Shown here in pieces: positions 1-9,925 of a stretch of DNA of 64,000 nt (its first letter is position 1; each line of letters starts with the position of its first letter). Origin of the DNA: an uncultured Gammaproteobacteria bacterium (GTDB taxonomy: Bacteria > Patescibacteriota > Patescibacteriia > Magasanikbacterales > GWA2-37-8). A program made the position numbers and the translations under genes. The DNA is taken from positions 13 to 64,012 of the forward strand of contig CAZHTA010000005.1 of the NCBI GenBank assembly GCA_964535515.1. Reading direction: 5' to 3'. Under the pieces are notes generated by a model that had not been told where the DNA came from, did not search any database, and saw nothing but the letters and a program-made list of their open reading frames with translations.

Positions 1-1
1 A

Positions 2-328
2 TTTTATCGTTGGCCGACTATTATTTTGATGTTGCCTATAGAAGTTTTGTATAATTTGGGTTTGTTGGCGATAGCGCTAAAGAATGGTTGGGTTAGTGAA
101 TTATTTAAAGTTTATCATTATTGGTTGCAACCAAAAAATTGGCAAACGTGGAAAAATTTACGTAAGAAAAATCTAGAAGAGCGTTTGTTGTCTGATCGGA
201 CGCTCATCAGTTGGGCGGAGCGTACTGTTGAAATGACGGATGTGGTGGTGCCAATGCCAATTAAGTTGATAGCAGATGCGGTGTTTACAATTTACTATTA
301 TTTCCTTAAAATAGTAGTGTGGTGGTAA
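2..328 (+). CDS. 5'-truncated CDS, probably the C-terminus of a family-2 glycosyltransferase
   Basis: Frame is open from position 2. Hydrophobic/aromatic tail directly upstream of rfbB; no catalytic motif is visible in the window. Confidence 0.45.
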   Translation, partial: FYRWPTIILMLPIEVLYNLGLLAIALKNGWVSELFKVYHYWLQPKNWQTWKNLRKKNLEERLLSDRTLISWAERTVEMTDVVVPMPIKLIADAVFTIYYYFLKIVVWW

Positions 329-374
329 TGATACCTATGCAGTTTTGTGGTAGGTAGTTTAATTACAATATTCT

Positions 375-1463
375 ATGAAAATACTTGTTTGTGGTGGTGC
401 CGGTTTTATCGGTTCCAACTTTATCCACTATATCCTCGAAACCTTTTCCCACTATGAAGTGGTTAATTTTGATAAATTAACCTATGCGGGTAATTTGGAT
501 AATTTAAAAGATATCGAAGAGAATCTGGCGTATTCTTCTCGTTATACTTTTGTAAAAGGGGATATTTGTGATTATACACTTTTAGCAGAAGTGGTAGAAA
601 AGTATCAGATTGATCATATTATAAACTTCGCAGCTGAAACTCACGTAGATCGTTCAATCTTTGGCGATTGTTCGGAGTTTGTTATGACCAATACTTTTGG
701 TGTCTTGCAGCTTTTGAATATTTGCCGTCATTATAAGATTGAAAAATTTGTTAATGTTTCAACCGATGAGGTGTATGGTACTTTGGCACTAGACTCAACT
801 GACAGATTTACCGAGCAGACTCCAATTTGTCCGAATATGCCGTATGCGGCTGCTAAGGCGGGCGGAGACATGCTTTGTGGGTCATATTTTGTCACTCACA
901 AGGTGCCGGTAGTAGTAACTCATTGTTCTAATAACTACGGTGCATTTCAATATCCGGAAAAGTTGATTCCTTCCTCAGTGTTTCGTTTGTTAAAGAAAAA
1001 GCCAATTTTAATCCATGGCAATGGTCAGAATGTTCGTGATTGGATTCATGTCCGTGATCATTGTCGAGCATTGTATTTAATGTTAGAAAAAGGCGTTCCT
1101 GGTGAGATATATAACGTGGGAGTGGACAACGAACGTAATAACCTAGAAATTGCTAAGATGATTTTACGTTTAATGAATTTGCCTGAGTCAATGATCGAGT
1201 TTGTAGAAGATCGACCAGGCAATGACTTGCGTTATGCGATTGATTCTTCTAAAATACAGAAGATGGGTTGGCAGCCAATATATTCGCGTGAGCAGTTTGA
1301 GGTGGGTATGACAGAGACTATTAATTGGTATTTAACTCACAAAGAGTGGGTAGAGGATTTGTGGGGTAAAGCAGATGATGCCTACAAGATAAACCACGCG
1401 CCAACTGTTGTTAAAAAGCAGGAAGAGCACAAAAAAAAGATATTAGAAGAAGAAGCAATTTAA
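375..1463 (+). CDS. rfbB: dTDP-glucose 4,6-dehydratase
   Basis: GGAGFIG, DKLTYAGN, AAETHVDRS, STDEVYG, YxxxK (YAAAK), DRPGNDLRYAID. Confidence 0.95.
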   Translation: MKILVCGGAGFIGSNFIHYILETFSHYEVVNFDKLTYAGNLDNLKDIEENLAYSSRYTFVKGDICDYTLLAEVVEKYQIDHIINFAAETHVDRSIFGDCSEFVMTNTFGVLQLLNICRHYKIEKFVNVSTDEVYGTLALDSTDRFTEQTPICPNMPYAAAKAGGDMLCGSYFVTHKVPVVVTHCSNNYGAFQYPEKLIPSSVFRLLKKKPILIHGNGQNVRDWIHVRDHCRALYLMLEKGVPGEIYNVGVDNERNNLEIAKMILRLMNLPESMIEFVEDRPGNDLRYAIDSSKIQKMGWQPIYSREQFEVGMTETINWYLTHKEWVEDLWGKADDAYKINHAPTVVKKQEEHKKKILEEEAI

Positions 1464-1464
1464 T

Positions 1465-1866
1465 ATGCTAGATTTTAAACAGTTACAATTGAAAATTGTT
1501 AAAAATGAAAGAGCGACCTATTCATTCGCAGAATTAAAGGAATTTATCGATTGGGAAGTTAAACGGGTGTATTTTATTCAAGACTGCAAAGAGAATACTG
1601 GTCAACATTGTCACAAGATTGAAAAAGAAATGTTTGTGATGCAACGAGGAAGTTGTGTGGCGATAATCGATCGTGGTAATGGTAAGGAAGATATCCCGTT
1701 TAATGGGCCGGGTGACGCCATTTATGTTGGTAATTATGTCTGGCATGGTTTTAAGAATTTTTCTAGTGATGCGGTTTTACTGGCTTTGTCTTCTACTAAC
1801 TATAGTCCTGATCGTAGTGATTACATTGAAGACTATGAAGAATATTTAAAAGTTAGAAGTAATTAA
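1465..1866 (+). CDS. FdtA/QdtA (WxcM-like) cupin sugar 3,4-ketoisomerase
   Basis: KRVYFI, GQHCHK, VWHGFKNFSSDAVLLALSS, DYIEDYEEY; lies in the rfb cluster. Confidence 0.85.
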   Translation: MLDFKQLQLKIVKNERATYSFAELKEFIDWEVKRVYFIQDCKENTGQHCHKIEKEMFVMQRGSCVAIIDRGNGKEDIPFNGPGDAIYVGNYVWHGFKNFSSDAVLLALSSTNYSPDRSDYIEDYEEYLKVRSN

Positions 1867-1867
1867 T

Positions 1868-2806
1868 ATGGTGATTGATGGTGATCCAAAAAATATTCCA
1901 CCTGAAGTTGTTATGCCGGAGATTAGAAATATAACTATTGAGGGCATCTCTGACGAGGCTAAAACAACCAAGGAATGGTTATTTGCTAATTACCGATTAC
2001 AGGTAATTAGTGCTTTGGATAAGAGCAACTTAATTACCAATGAACGTTGTGATAGTGTAATTAATCGTTGTGAGGAAGTTTTAAATAAAACGATTGATAC
2101 TTTTGCACCACCTATTCAGGAAGAGGTTGTCAGCGCGTTGTTGGATATGATTCGTTTGCACGCTGGTCAAAAAACTCGTCTTAATGGAGAATTGGTAGTT
2201 GAACATTTATTAGAAGTGACAAGTTTGTTGTTTAATATAGTTAAAGATCCTAAACCAGAAGAAGTGGTAGTGGCACTTTTACACGATGCGATTGAAGATC
2301 GATCAAGAGAGATCGTGCGGGCTGCTGATTTTGGTAGCGACGTTCATGTTGCACGTTTTCGTACTGTCCAAGAACAAGCATTGGCAGAAGCACAAATGTC
2401 TTATGTCTATGGAGAAAAAATACAAGAAATGTTATTTAGCTTGACTAAGCCAGATTATAGGAAGGAAGCGATGCGTTTATCTGGTCGTTCGGAATTGGAA
2501 GAAGGGGAATTTGATTTAATGAAGAATAATATATATGTTGATTATTTAAAAAAAGCTTTGGATAATCCCGATGTGGCATTGATTAAGTTGGTTGATTTCA
2601 TTTCTAATGCAATTGATGTTAATGAGATACCGGACAGTGAAAAAGAACGAAGAGAGAAGATAAAAAATAAATATAGCGGTGGTTTTCCGATAGTAATAGA
2701 AAAAATACAAGACCCAGTTTTTTCTGCTCGTTTGAAAGATCCAGAAAAATTAGCTCATCAAGTAGCTACTGTTTTTGAAAGGTCTTATCATCAAGGATTA
2801 CTTTAA
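1868..2806 (+). CDS. Stand-alone RelA/SpoT-type HD hydrolase (SAH/Mesh1-like)
   Basis: HAGQKTRLNG..VEHL, LLHDAIED, LTK, LIKLVDFISN motifs. Confidence 0.7.
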   Translation: MVIDGDPKNIPPEVVMPEIRNITIEGISDEAKTTKEWLFANYRLQVISALDKSNLITNERCDSVINRCEEVLNKTIDTFAPPIQEEVVSALLDMIRLHAGQKTRLNGELVVEHLLEVTSLLFNIVKDPKPEEVVVALLHDAIEDRSREIVRAADFGSDVHVARFRTVQEQALAEAQMSYVYGEKIQEMLFSLTKPDYRKEAMRLSGRSELEEGEFDLMKNNIYVDYLKKALDNPDVALIKLVDFISNAIDVNEIPDSEKERREKIKNKYSGGFPIVIEKIQDPVFSARLKDPEKLAHQVATVFERSYHQGLL

Positions 2807-2823
2807 TTTGTTTTAATTATTCT

Positions 2824-2849
2824 CCGGCCTTAAATAGGCCGGTTTTTTT
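2824..2849 (+). terminator. Intrinsic terminator
   Basis: CCGGCCT-taaat-AGGCCGG followed by T7. Confidence 0.8.
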
Positions 2850-2859
2850 ATATCAAATA

Positions 2860-2888
2860 TTGACAGAAGTGAGTTTTTTTAGTATAGT
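2860..2888 (+). promoter_or_regulatory. sigma70-type promoter of GC islet A
   Basis: TTGACA-N17-TATAGT; GC content rises directly after the -10. Confidence 0.75.
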
Positions 2889-2960
2889 GAGCTGTTCTAC
2901 CCGTGGGGATGGGTGGACATCACGCGACTGGAGTATATCCAGCGCTAGCAAGGAGGAGGC

Positions 2961-3896
2961 ATGAAACTCAGAGAGATTCTGGTGGTCGAAGGGCTTACCA
3001 GGAACATGGGCGAACTTCTCTCGTCGGTGGTCGAGGCCGTGTCGGCTATCGGCTACCTCGAGGGCATGCGGCTGGTCATCGAAGAGTACAAGCCGGCTGC
3101 TGCCAAGCGCCAGCCGCTGGATGGCGTAAACGTGTCGGAAGAGTCGGTCAGGGCCTTTCGCGCCTTTTCGGGTGCTATGACCGCGCTTGCCGAGGGATGC
3201 CACATTCCCGTGGTGCAGGCCCTGTACCTGCACGATGCGGCGAGTGGACTCAGCCGGGGCAACGGCAACCTGCCCGACCAGCAGGTTGAGCTGAATCGGC
3301 ACGCTCTGCTCGTTCTCGGTGGTGTCTCTAGCGTTCTGCGTGGGGACGACTGGTGGTGCGTCTACGAGAAAGTGATGGTCGGCCTCATGGAGGCCGGGCA
3401 CGTCGCTTTCAATGAAGACGTCTTCCGGTCGATCATCGAGTCCATGAAGAAGAACCACGCCAAGGATGCGGCTGGTCGCCAGGCTCATCTGGCCGAGCGG
3501 CTCGCCGAGCAGGATCGCCTAGACGAGGCGATCGAAGTGCTCGCGTCGGTGGAGGGCGACACGTACTCCGCTCCGAACCAGCGTGGGTATGCGCTCGGGC
3601 TCCTGGAGAGGTACAGAGCCGTCGCCGTTACTCGGCGTGGTACGGGCACCTCGCGTGAGCGTCGCGCTCCGTCTCGTCGCAAGAAGGGCAGCGGTGCGAC
3701 CAAGGAAGGCGATCCCGAGCCACCACCAATAATCCGTCATCGCGCTTGGTACGGCACGATTGGCGGTACGTTCATTAGTACTAGGAGGGATAACGTCGTG
3801 GTCCCCACCCACGACTTACTCCAAAAGAGCATCAAATTATTGGTGCTTTTTTGTTTGTTTTTTTTATTTAAAAATGGTATATTATTCCTACTATGA
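2961..3896 (+). CDS. GC-rich orphan helical protein (islet A); 3' end uncertain
   Basis: SD AAGGAGGAGG before ATG and GC-rich codons up to ~3810. The ORF then runs through a terminator-like hairpin (3823-3852) into the rfbD start. Confidence 0.6.
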   Translation: MKLREILVVEGLTRNMGELLSSVVEAVSAIGYLEGMRLVIEEYKPAAAKRQPLDGVNVSEESVRAFRAFSGAMTALAEGCHIPVVQALYLHDAASGLSRGNGNLPDQQVELNRHALLVLGGVSSVLRGDDWWCVYEKVMVGLMEAGHVAFNEDVFRSIIESMKKNHAKDAAGRQAHLAERLAEQDRLDEAIEVLASVEGDTYSAPNQRGYALGLLERYRAVAVTRRGTGTSRERRAPSRRKKGSGATKEGDPEPPPIIRHRAWYGTIGGTFISTRRDNVVVPTHDLLQKSIKLLVLFCLFFLFKNGILFLL

Positions 3897-4747
3897 AAAA
3901 ACTTTTAATTTTAGGTTACAAAGGAACTCTTGGTCAGGCTTTGGTGGTGGAGTTTAATTTGCCAGATTACGAGGTAGTTGGGTGGGATCGAGAAGAGGCA
4001 GATATTACATCTTTAGATTTGGAAGATAAAATTGTGGCACTAGCACCGCAGGTGATTATTAATGCCACCGGTTACAATGCGTTAGATAAGGCAGAAAGTG
4101 ATGTTCAAGCCAAAGAAGTTTGTTTTGCAATTAATTCTGAAGCACCTAAGCGACTAGCAGAGATTGCTAAAAAGTTAGACGCGGTATTTGTTAATTATTC
4201 TTCAGACTATGTTTTTAGGGGTGATAAGGAAGAGGGGTATGCTGAAGATGATCTACCAAATCCGATCAATGTCTATGGCGAGTCAAAATATTTGGGAGAA
4301 AAGAATGTTCAATCGGTTGGTGGCAAGTTTTACATTATTCGACCTTCTCGCATTTTTGGTAAACCGGGTATTAGCGAGATGAGCAAGAGAAGTTTTGTTG
4401 ATATTATGGTAAGTAAGAAAAACGAAACCGAAGTAAGGGTGGTTAATGAGGAAAAGGGTAGTCCAACGTATGCTCCGGATTTAGCAAATTTTACTAGGGC
4501 GTTAATTGAAGAAGAAAAACCGTTTGGTATTTATCACGGGTCTAATAGTGGTGCCTGTACTTGGTATGAATGGGCAACAGAGATTTTTAAGATTATTGGT
4601 GCATCACCCAAATTAATACCGATTCCTAGTAGCGAATATCCTCGTCCTACCAAACTTCCACAATTTTCTGAGTTGTTAAATACTAAAATGTCTTTGCAAA
4701 GGCCGTGGCAGGAAGCTTTAAAAGAGTATTTAAAAAATTCCACTTAA
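3893..4747 (+). CDS. rfbD: dTDP-4-dehydrorhamnose reductase
   Basis: GYKGTLG, SSDYVFRG, PINVYGESK, GSPTY. Confidence 0.93.
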   Translation: MKKLLILGYKGTLGQALVVEFNLPDYEVVGWDREEADITSLDLEDKIVALAPQVIINATGYNALDKAESDVQAKEVCFAINSEAPKRLAEIAKKLDAVFVNYSSDYVFRGDKEEGYAEDDLPNPINVYGESKYLGEKNVQSVGGKFYIIRPSRIFGKPGISEMSKRSFVDIMVSKKNETEVRVVNEEKGSPTYAPDLANFTRALIEEEKPFGIYHGSNSGACTWYEWATEIFKIIGASPKLIPIPSSEYPRPTKLPQFSELLNTKMSLQRPWQEALKEYLKNST

Positions 4748-4762
4748 AGTGGAATTTTTTAG

Positions 4763-4835
4763 TCGGGCTGAGAGGAATCGAACCTCCGGCCTCATCGTCC
4801 CGAACGATGCGCGCTACCAACTGCGCTACAGCCCG
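4763..4835 (-). tRNA. tRNA-Pro(CGG)
   Basis: Hand-folded cloverleaf: CGGGCTG acceptor, CATCG-TTCGGGA-CGATG anticodon arm, GGAGG-TTCGATT-CCTCT T arm. Confidence 0.95.
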
Positions 4836-4840
4836 AATTG

Positions 4841-4913
4841 TCAGGGTAACAAGACTTGAACTTGCGGCCTCATGCACCCCATGCATGCGCTCTACCAACT
4901 GAGCTATACCCTG
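4841..4913 (-). tRNA. tRNA-Pro(GGG)
   Basis: CAGGGTA acceptor, CATGC-ATGGGGT-GCATG anticodon arm, TTCAAGT T loop. Confidence 0.93.
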
Positions 4914-5003
4914 AGCATTGCTTGATTCTATCACGTCTTTTCTTGCTTTTCAAGTGGGTGATATTGTGTTAAAATATATCTGTTATTTGTTATATCTAAT
5001 TTT

Positions 5004-6035
5004 ATGAATTTAAAGTCATTTTTTAAAGAAGCGATCAAAAAAGAAGCGTCAGACTTACATTTGGTAGGCGAAGAATTACCAATGTTACGTATTGAAGGAG
5101 AATTGCAACCAATTGAAGAAAAACCTCTCAACAACAAGGAGCTGGAAACAGCTGTTTTTGAAGTGCTGAACAAAGATCAATTAGCACGTTACAAAGAGGA
5201 AATGGAGCTAGATTTTAGTTATGAACAAGAGGGCGTGCGTTTTCGTGTTAATCTTCATCAACAAGAAGAGAAGATTGGTTTGACTGCTCGTTTGATCCCA
5301 GCGGAAATTCCTACGCCAAAGGATTTAAATTTTGAGCCAGTATTATTAGAAGTGCCGAATTTTTTGGATGGATTAGTTTTAGTTACTGGTCCAACCGGCT
5401 GCGGTAAATCAACTACTATTGCGGCAATTATCGAAGAGATTAATAAAAATCGCAAAGCTCACATTGTTACGATTGAAGATCCGATCGAGTTTGTTTTTGA
5501 GGACAAGCAAAGTTTGATTGAACAACGTGAAGTAGGAACTGACACCAAATCTTTTGCTAATGCTCTAAAGCATGTGTTGCGTCAGGATCCGAATGTTATC
5601 TTAGTAGGTGAAATGCGCGACCCAGAGACCATTGCTACCGCATTAACTGCGGCGGAGACTGGTCACTTGGTATTATCAACCTTACATACTTCAAGTGCGG
5701 CCGAAGCGATTGAGCGTATCGTTGATGTCTTTGATGGTTCAAAACAAAAACAGGTTTTGATTCAGTTGGGTGCGGTATTGCGTATGGTGGTGGCACAACA
5801 GCTTTTGCCAGCGAAAGACGGTGGACGTGTGCCAGCACGTGAGATTTTAGTTAATACTCCAGCGGTCGCAAGTATGATTAAAGAAAACAGTATTAATCAG
5901 ATTAAATCAGCGATTCAAACGGGCGGTAAGGATGGTATGATAACAATGGAAAATTCAATTAAGCAACTTCTTAAAGAAGGTTGGGTTACCGAAGAAGTAG
6001 CAGAAAAACGCTCTAGTCGTGCTAAAAAAGTTTAA
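5004..6035 (+). CDS. pilT: Type IV pilus retraction ATPase PilT
   Basis: GPTGCGKST, TIEDPIE, LRQDPNVILVGEMRD, AAETGHLVLSTLH. Confidence 0.93.
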   Translation: MNLKSFFKEAIKKEASDLHLVGEELPMLRIEGELQPIEEKPLNNKELETAVFEVLNKDQLARYKEEMELDFSYEQEGVRFRVNLHQQEEKIGLTARLIPAEIPTPKDLNFEPVLLEVPNFLDGLVLVTGPTGCGKSTTIAAIIEEINKNRKAHIVTIEDPIEFVFEDKQSLIEQREVGTDTKSFANALKHVLRQDPNVILVGEMRDPETIATALTAAETGHLVLSTLHTSSAAEAIERIVDVFDGSKQKQVLIQLGAVLRMVVAQQLLPAKDGGRVPAREILVNTPAVASMIKENSINQIKSAIQTGGKDGMITMENSIKQLLKEGWVTEEVAEKRSSRAKKV

Positions 6036-6039
6036 AGTA

Positions 6040-7494
6040 ATGTTAAAGAAATATTTTAAAATTATTGCTAAAGTAGCAAAACAAGAAAAAACACCGATAT
6101 ATTTGGTTGGTGGTTTTGTGCGTGATTTTTTAATGGGCAAGACAGAAAAGAAAGATGTGGATTTTGTTGTGGTAGGAAGCGGATTGGAGTTTGCTAAAAA
6201 GTTAGATGAGGCATTAAGCGAAGAAGGCAGTTTGGTAGAGTTTCCCGACTTTGATACCGCTCGCTATGTTATTGGTGAGGGTGAAGAACAGTTGGTGTTA
6301 GAATTTGCTGGTGCTCGATCAGAAAGCTATCGTAGCGAATCGCGTAAACCTCAAGTAGAAGCTTCGACATTAGAAGATGATCTTAAACGTCGCGATTTTA
6401 CAGTTAATGCCATGGCGGTGCCAGTGGAGGCATTCACTGGGCTTCGCAGTCCCACAAAAACAACGATCAAAAAACATTTAGTTGATCCATTTAATGGTCA
6501 GGACGATTTAAAAGAAAAAATATTACGGACACCAATGGATCCGGATATTACTTTTTCTGATGATCCGCTTCGAATGATGCGGGCAATTCGTTTTGCGGGA
6601 CAGTTGAATTTTGCTATCGATCCAAAGACTTTAGAGTCAATTTTTAATAACCGAGAACGGATTAAGATAATTTCGGCTGAGCGGGTGCAAGAGGAATTGG
6701 TTAAAATGATGAAAGTAGAAAAACCATCGATTTGTCTAACCCTTCTTTTCCAAACCCAGCTTTTAGACTTAATTTTACCAGAAGTCTCACGATTAGATGG
6801 GGTAGAGGAAATCTATGGTCATCAGCATAAAAACAATTTGATTCATACTTTTAAAGTGGTGGATAATATTGCAGAACGCACAGACAAGGTGTGGCTACGT
6901 TTGGCGGGATTGTTCCATGACATTGGTAAATCAGATACTAAGCAATTCGTGGAAGGCACAGGTTGGACTTTTTATGCCCATGAACATTTGGGTAGAAAAA
7001 TGACACATCAAATTTGTAAACGTTTGCGTTTTTCTAAAGAACAAACAGCTTACTTAACTAAGTTAGTTCGCTGGCATCAGCAGCCAATTAGTTTGATGGA
7101 TGATGGGATAACCGATTCGGCAGTGCGTCGTTTGATTGTTAATTTGGGAGAAGAATTAGAAGATCTTCTGGTTTTAGGTGTATCTGATATTACTACCGGT
7201 AATCCTTACAAACTTAAAAAGCGTCAGGAAAATTATCTACATCTTAAAAAGCGAATTGAAGAAGTAATGGAAAAAGACAAGCTTCGGGCTTTCCAGTCGC
7301 CTGTTAGAGGGGAAGAAATTATGCAATTGTGTGGTCTTAAACCAGGACCAACGATTGGTAAGATAAAAGAAGCGATTGAAGAAGCGATTCTAGAAGGGGA
7401 AATACCGAATGAATATGAACCCGCGCTAGAATATTTTAATAAAATAAAAGGAGAATATTTAGCTAAGACAGAAGAGTGGGAGCGGATAAAGTAG
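6040..7494 (+). CDS. cca: CCA tRNA nucleotidyltransferase/poly(A) polymerase family with HD domain
   Basis: YLVGGFVRD, DVDF, RRDFTVNAMA, DDPLRMMR, FHDIGK; the tRNA genes here lack an encoded CCA. Confidence 0.88.
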   Translation: MLKKYFKIIAKVAKQEKTPIYLVGGFVRDFLMGKTEKKDVDFVVVGSGLEFAKKLDEALSEEGSLVEFPDFDTARYVIGEGEEQLVLEFAGARSESYRSESRKPQVEASTLEDDLKRRDFTVNAMAVPVEAFTGLRSPTKTTIKKHLVDPFNGQDDLKEKILRTPMDPDITFSDDPLRMMRAIRFAGQLNFAIDPKTLESIFNNRERIKIISAERVQEELVKMMKVEKPSICLTLLFQTQLLDLILPEVSRLDGVEEIYGHQHKNNLIHTFKVVDNIAERTDKVWLRLAGLFHDIGKSDTKQFVEGTGWTFYAHEHLGRKMTHQICKRLRFSKEQTAYLTKLVRWHQQPISLMDDGITDSAVRRLIVNLGEELEDLLVLGVSDITTGNPYKLKKRQENYLHLKKRIEEVMEKDKLRAFQSPVRGEEIMQLCGLKPGPTIGKIKEAIEEAILEGEIPNEYEPALEYFNKIKGEYLAKTEEWERIK

Positions 7495-7559
7495 TTATGG
7501 ATTGTGCCGAGGGTGATTTTGTGGTATGATAAATATGATTAATCATATTTATACGTATT

Positions 7560-7787
7560 ATGGCTAAAACAAAAGAAAAAAAGATAGATTGTGGCTTTGG
7601 AACAATCTGTGGAACAACTACCGTGGGTGAACGTGGACAGGTAGTTATTCCTAAGGAAGCGCGAGAAAGATTGAAATTTAAGACGGGGGATCGTTTTTTG
7701 GTTATTGAACATTATGGGAAGATTGTTTTAATACCAGAAAAGGAAATGCGTACTATGATTGAACAAATTACTAAACATTTAAAATGA
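7560..7787 (+). CDS. AbrB/MazE/SpoVT family DNA-binding protein
   Basis: TTVGERGQVVIPKEARERL..GD motif. Confidence 0.88.
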   Translation: MAKTKEKKIDCGFGTICGTTTVGERGQVVIPKEARERLKFKTGDRFLVIEHYGKIVLIPEKEMRTMIEQITKHLK

Positions 7788-7796
7788 TATTAATAT

Positions 7797-9533
7797 ATGA
7801 ACTTAAGTTTTTTACGTACTAAAAAATTCTACCTGATTTTGGGTGGAGTAATTATTGTCGGTTTAATCGGTTGGAATTCTTATCGTAAAGCCAATATGCC
7901 GGTGGAATACGAAACGGTTAAAGTTGAGCGTGGTAATTTGGTACAAACTGTTGAAGTGACTGGTAAGATTGAATCAGTAACCGACCTATCATTACGATTT
8001 GAAATACCAGGTACAGTTGATGCGATAAAGGTAACAGAAAATACTCAAGTAAAAGCAGGTGATTGGTTGGCTAACTTACGTTTAGCAGAATTAAATGCAG
8101 CAGTGGCTCAAGCTAGTGCTAATTTGAATCAAAAGTTGGCAGGTCCGTCGACTGAGGATCGAAGTTACTACAAAGCAGCAGTTGATTCAGCTCGTTCTTC
8201 TTTAGAGCAAACACGTATAGACGCACAGTCTACTATTACTGCCGCGGAAGCTGTTTTAGAGACGGCAAAGAATAATTTAAAATTTGCTGAAGGAGGAGAG
8301 AATAGTCAGATTGTAAACAATGCCTATGACTCCGCCGTAGCGACCTTACAAACAGCTTTGGGCACAATCGATAGTGGTCTTACACAGGCTGATAATATTT
8401 TGGGAGTTGATAGTACTTTGGCTAACGATAGTTTTGAGTCGTATTTGTCAATTCTAGATAGTTCTAAGTTGTCATTTGCTAAAACAAACTATCTCATTGC
8501 CAAATCAGCGCGTGATCAAGTTAGACCTTTAATACTTGCTTTAACTACTGGTAATGATCGAGCAAAAGTTGATAGTGCATTGCCGTTGGCTGAGACAGCG
8601 CTTTCAAAAAATATTACTTTGTTGTCATCGGTTGGTGAGGTATTAACTGCTACTCCGCCAGTTGGTACTTTAACCCAAGCTGTGTTAGATGGACACAAAA
8701 CAACAATTGATGCCGCTCGTACTGCCGCTACCACTCAATATACCAGTGTGATTGTTAGGCGTCAGGCAGTGGCGGATTCAAAAAATAGCTATTCCACATA
8801 TTTGGTAGCATACAATAAAGCAGAAAAAGATTTGTTAAGCGCACAAGATAACGCTAATAATCTGATTGCTTTAAAACAGGCAGTATATGATCAAGCAGTT
8901 GCTAGTTTTGATAGCAAAGTTAATCCACCTCGTGAAATTGATGTGGCTGCTTACCGTGCCATTCTCGCATCGGCGGTGGCTAATCGCGACAAAGCGATTA
9001 TTCGCGCTCCGATTGATGGGTTGGTGACTAAAGTTAACAAGAAAAAAGGTGAATATATTTCTGGTGCGGAAACAATGATTCAATTGTTGTCACCGCATTA
9101 TGAAATTAAAGTGGACATTCCAGAAACTGATATTCCAAAGTTAAAATTGAATGATGCCGCTAAAATTACTTTAGATGCTTTTGGTAAAGATGTTAAATTT
9201 TCTGGGAAAATTGTAAATATTGAACCAGCTTCAACTGAAATTCAGGATGTTGTATATTACAAAGTCACCATTACATTAGACGATACTGAACAGGCGATTA
9301 AACCAGGTATGACAGCAAATGTTACGATTACTACTGCGACACGTGAGAATGTTTTGTTCATCCCGTATCGTACCGTTAAAATTAACGGAGAAAAAACTGT
9401 CCGAGTATTAGAAAACAATCAACCTAAGGATACAGTGGTTAGTATTGGTTTGCGCGCTGATGAAGGGAAGGCCGAAGTGTTGTCCGGTTTAAATGAAGGG
9501 CAAGTTGTTGTGGTGAGTGTAAAAACAAAGTAA
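7797..9533 (+). CDS. MacA/HlyD-like membrane fusion (efflux adaptor) protein with long coiled coil
   Basis: N-terminal TM, lipoyl halves (GTVDAIKV / IRAPIDGLV), IKPGMTANV, GLNEGQ. Confidence 0.88.
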   Translation: MNLSFLRTKKFYLILGGVIIVGLIGWNSYRKANMPVEYETVKVERGNLVQTVEVTGKIESVTDLSLRFEIPGTVDAIKVTENTQVKAGDWLANLRLAELNAAVAQASANLNQKLAGPSTEDRSYYKAAVDSARSSLEQTRIDAQSTITAAEAVLETAKNNLKFAEGGENSQIVNNAYDSAVATLQTALGTIDSGLTQADNILGVDSTLANDSFESYLSILDSSKLSFAKTNYLIAKSARDQVRPLILALTTGNDRAKVDSALPLAETALSKNITLLSSVGEVLTATPPVGTLTQAVLDGHKTTIDAARTAATTQYTSVIVRRQAVADSKNSYSTYLVAYNKAEKDLLSAQDNANNLIALKQAVYDQAVASFDSKVNPPREIDVAAYRAILASAVANRDKAIIRAPIDGLVTKVNKKKGEYISGAETMIQLLSPHYEIKVDIPETDIPKLKLNDAAKITLDAFGKDVKFSGKIVNIEPASTEIQDVVYYKVTITLDDTEQAIKPGMTANVTITTATRENVLFIPYRTVKINGEKTVRVLENNQPKDTVVSIGLRADEGKAEVLSGLNEGQVVVVSVKTK

Positions 9534-9559
9534 TACTAAAAAGTAAATTAAAAAAACAA

Positions 9560-9925
9560 AAAATCCCTTTGGTTAAGGAATTGTATGATGAATGGGCACC
9601 AGGAGGAGAAGTGGTGCCAGTGTTCGGACCGCGTCCGATTAATGAGCTAGGCCGGTTTTTCGCCCGCGCGCTAGACACTCAAACACTGACACCACGACTC
9701 CTCTGGTGGTGAGAGAAGAGACTGTGTGTGTAGAAGGGCTTTCCTTCAGGGGGATAACGTATGCGACCGTCATCCACTACTACACGCAGATCTTCCTTCT
9801 CTCAAGCGGGAGCATCTCGACGCGGTTTGGGCATGGGCCGTCTGCGCGTAGGAAGATCTCCCGAGTCTGGGAACATGGGGATTTGAACCCCATGAATTCG
9901 TCGATGTTCCCAGGAAAGAATAAGG
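9560..9925 (-). ncRNA. Putative structured ncRNA (islet B) downstream of a tRNA-like gene
   Basis: GC-rich with many helices (9867-9913 mini T-arm/acceptor fold, 9780-9859 paired helices, 9595-9618 hairpin). Ends in a hairpin plus U-tract on the minus strand; no convincing long ORF. Confidence 0.45.

Noticed and set aside
9640-9775. RNase P RNA-like words on the minus strand (GACGGTCGC, GAAGGAAAGCCC, AAAACCGGCCTA)
   Set aside because: The two would-be P4 strands are not complementary and the spacing is too short.
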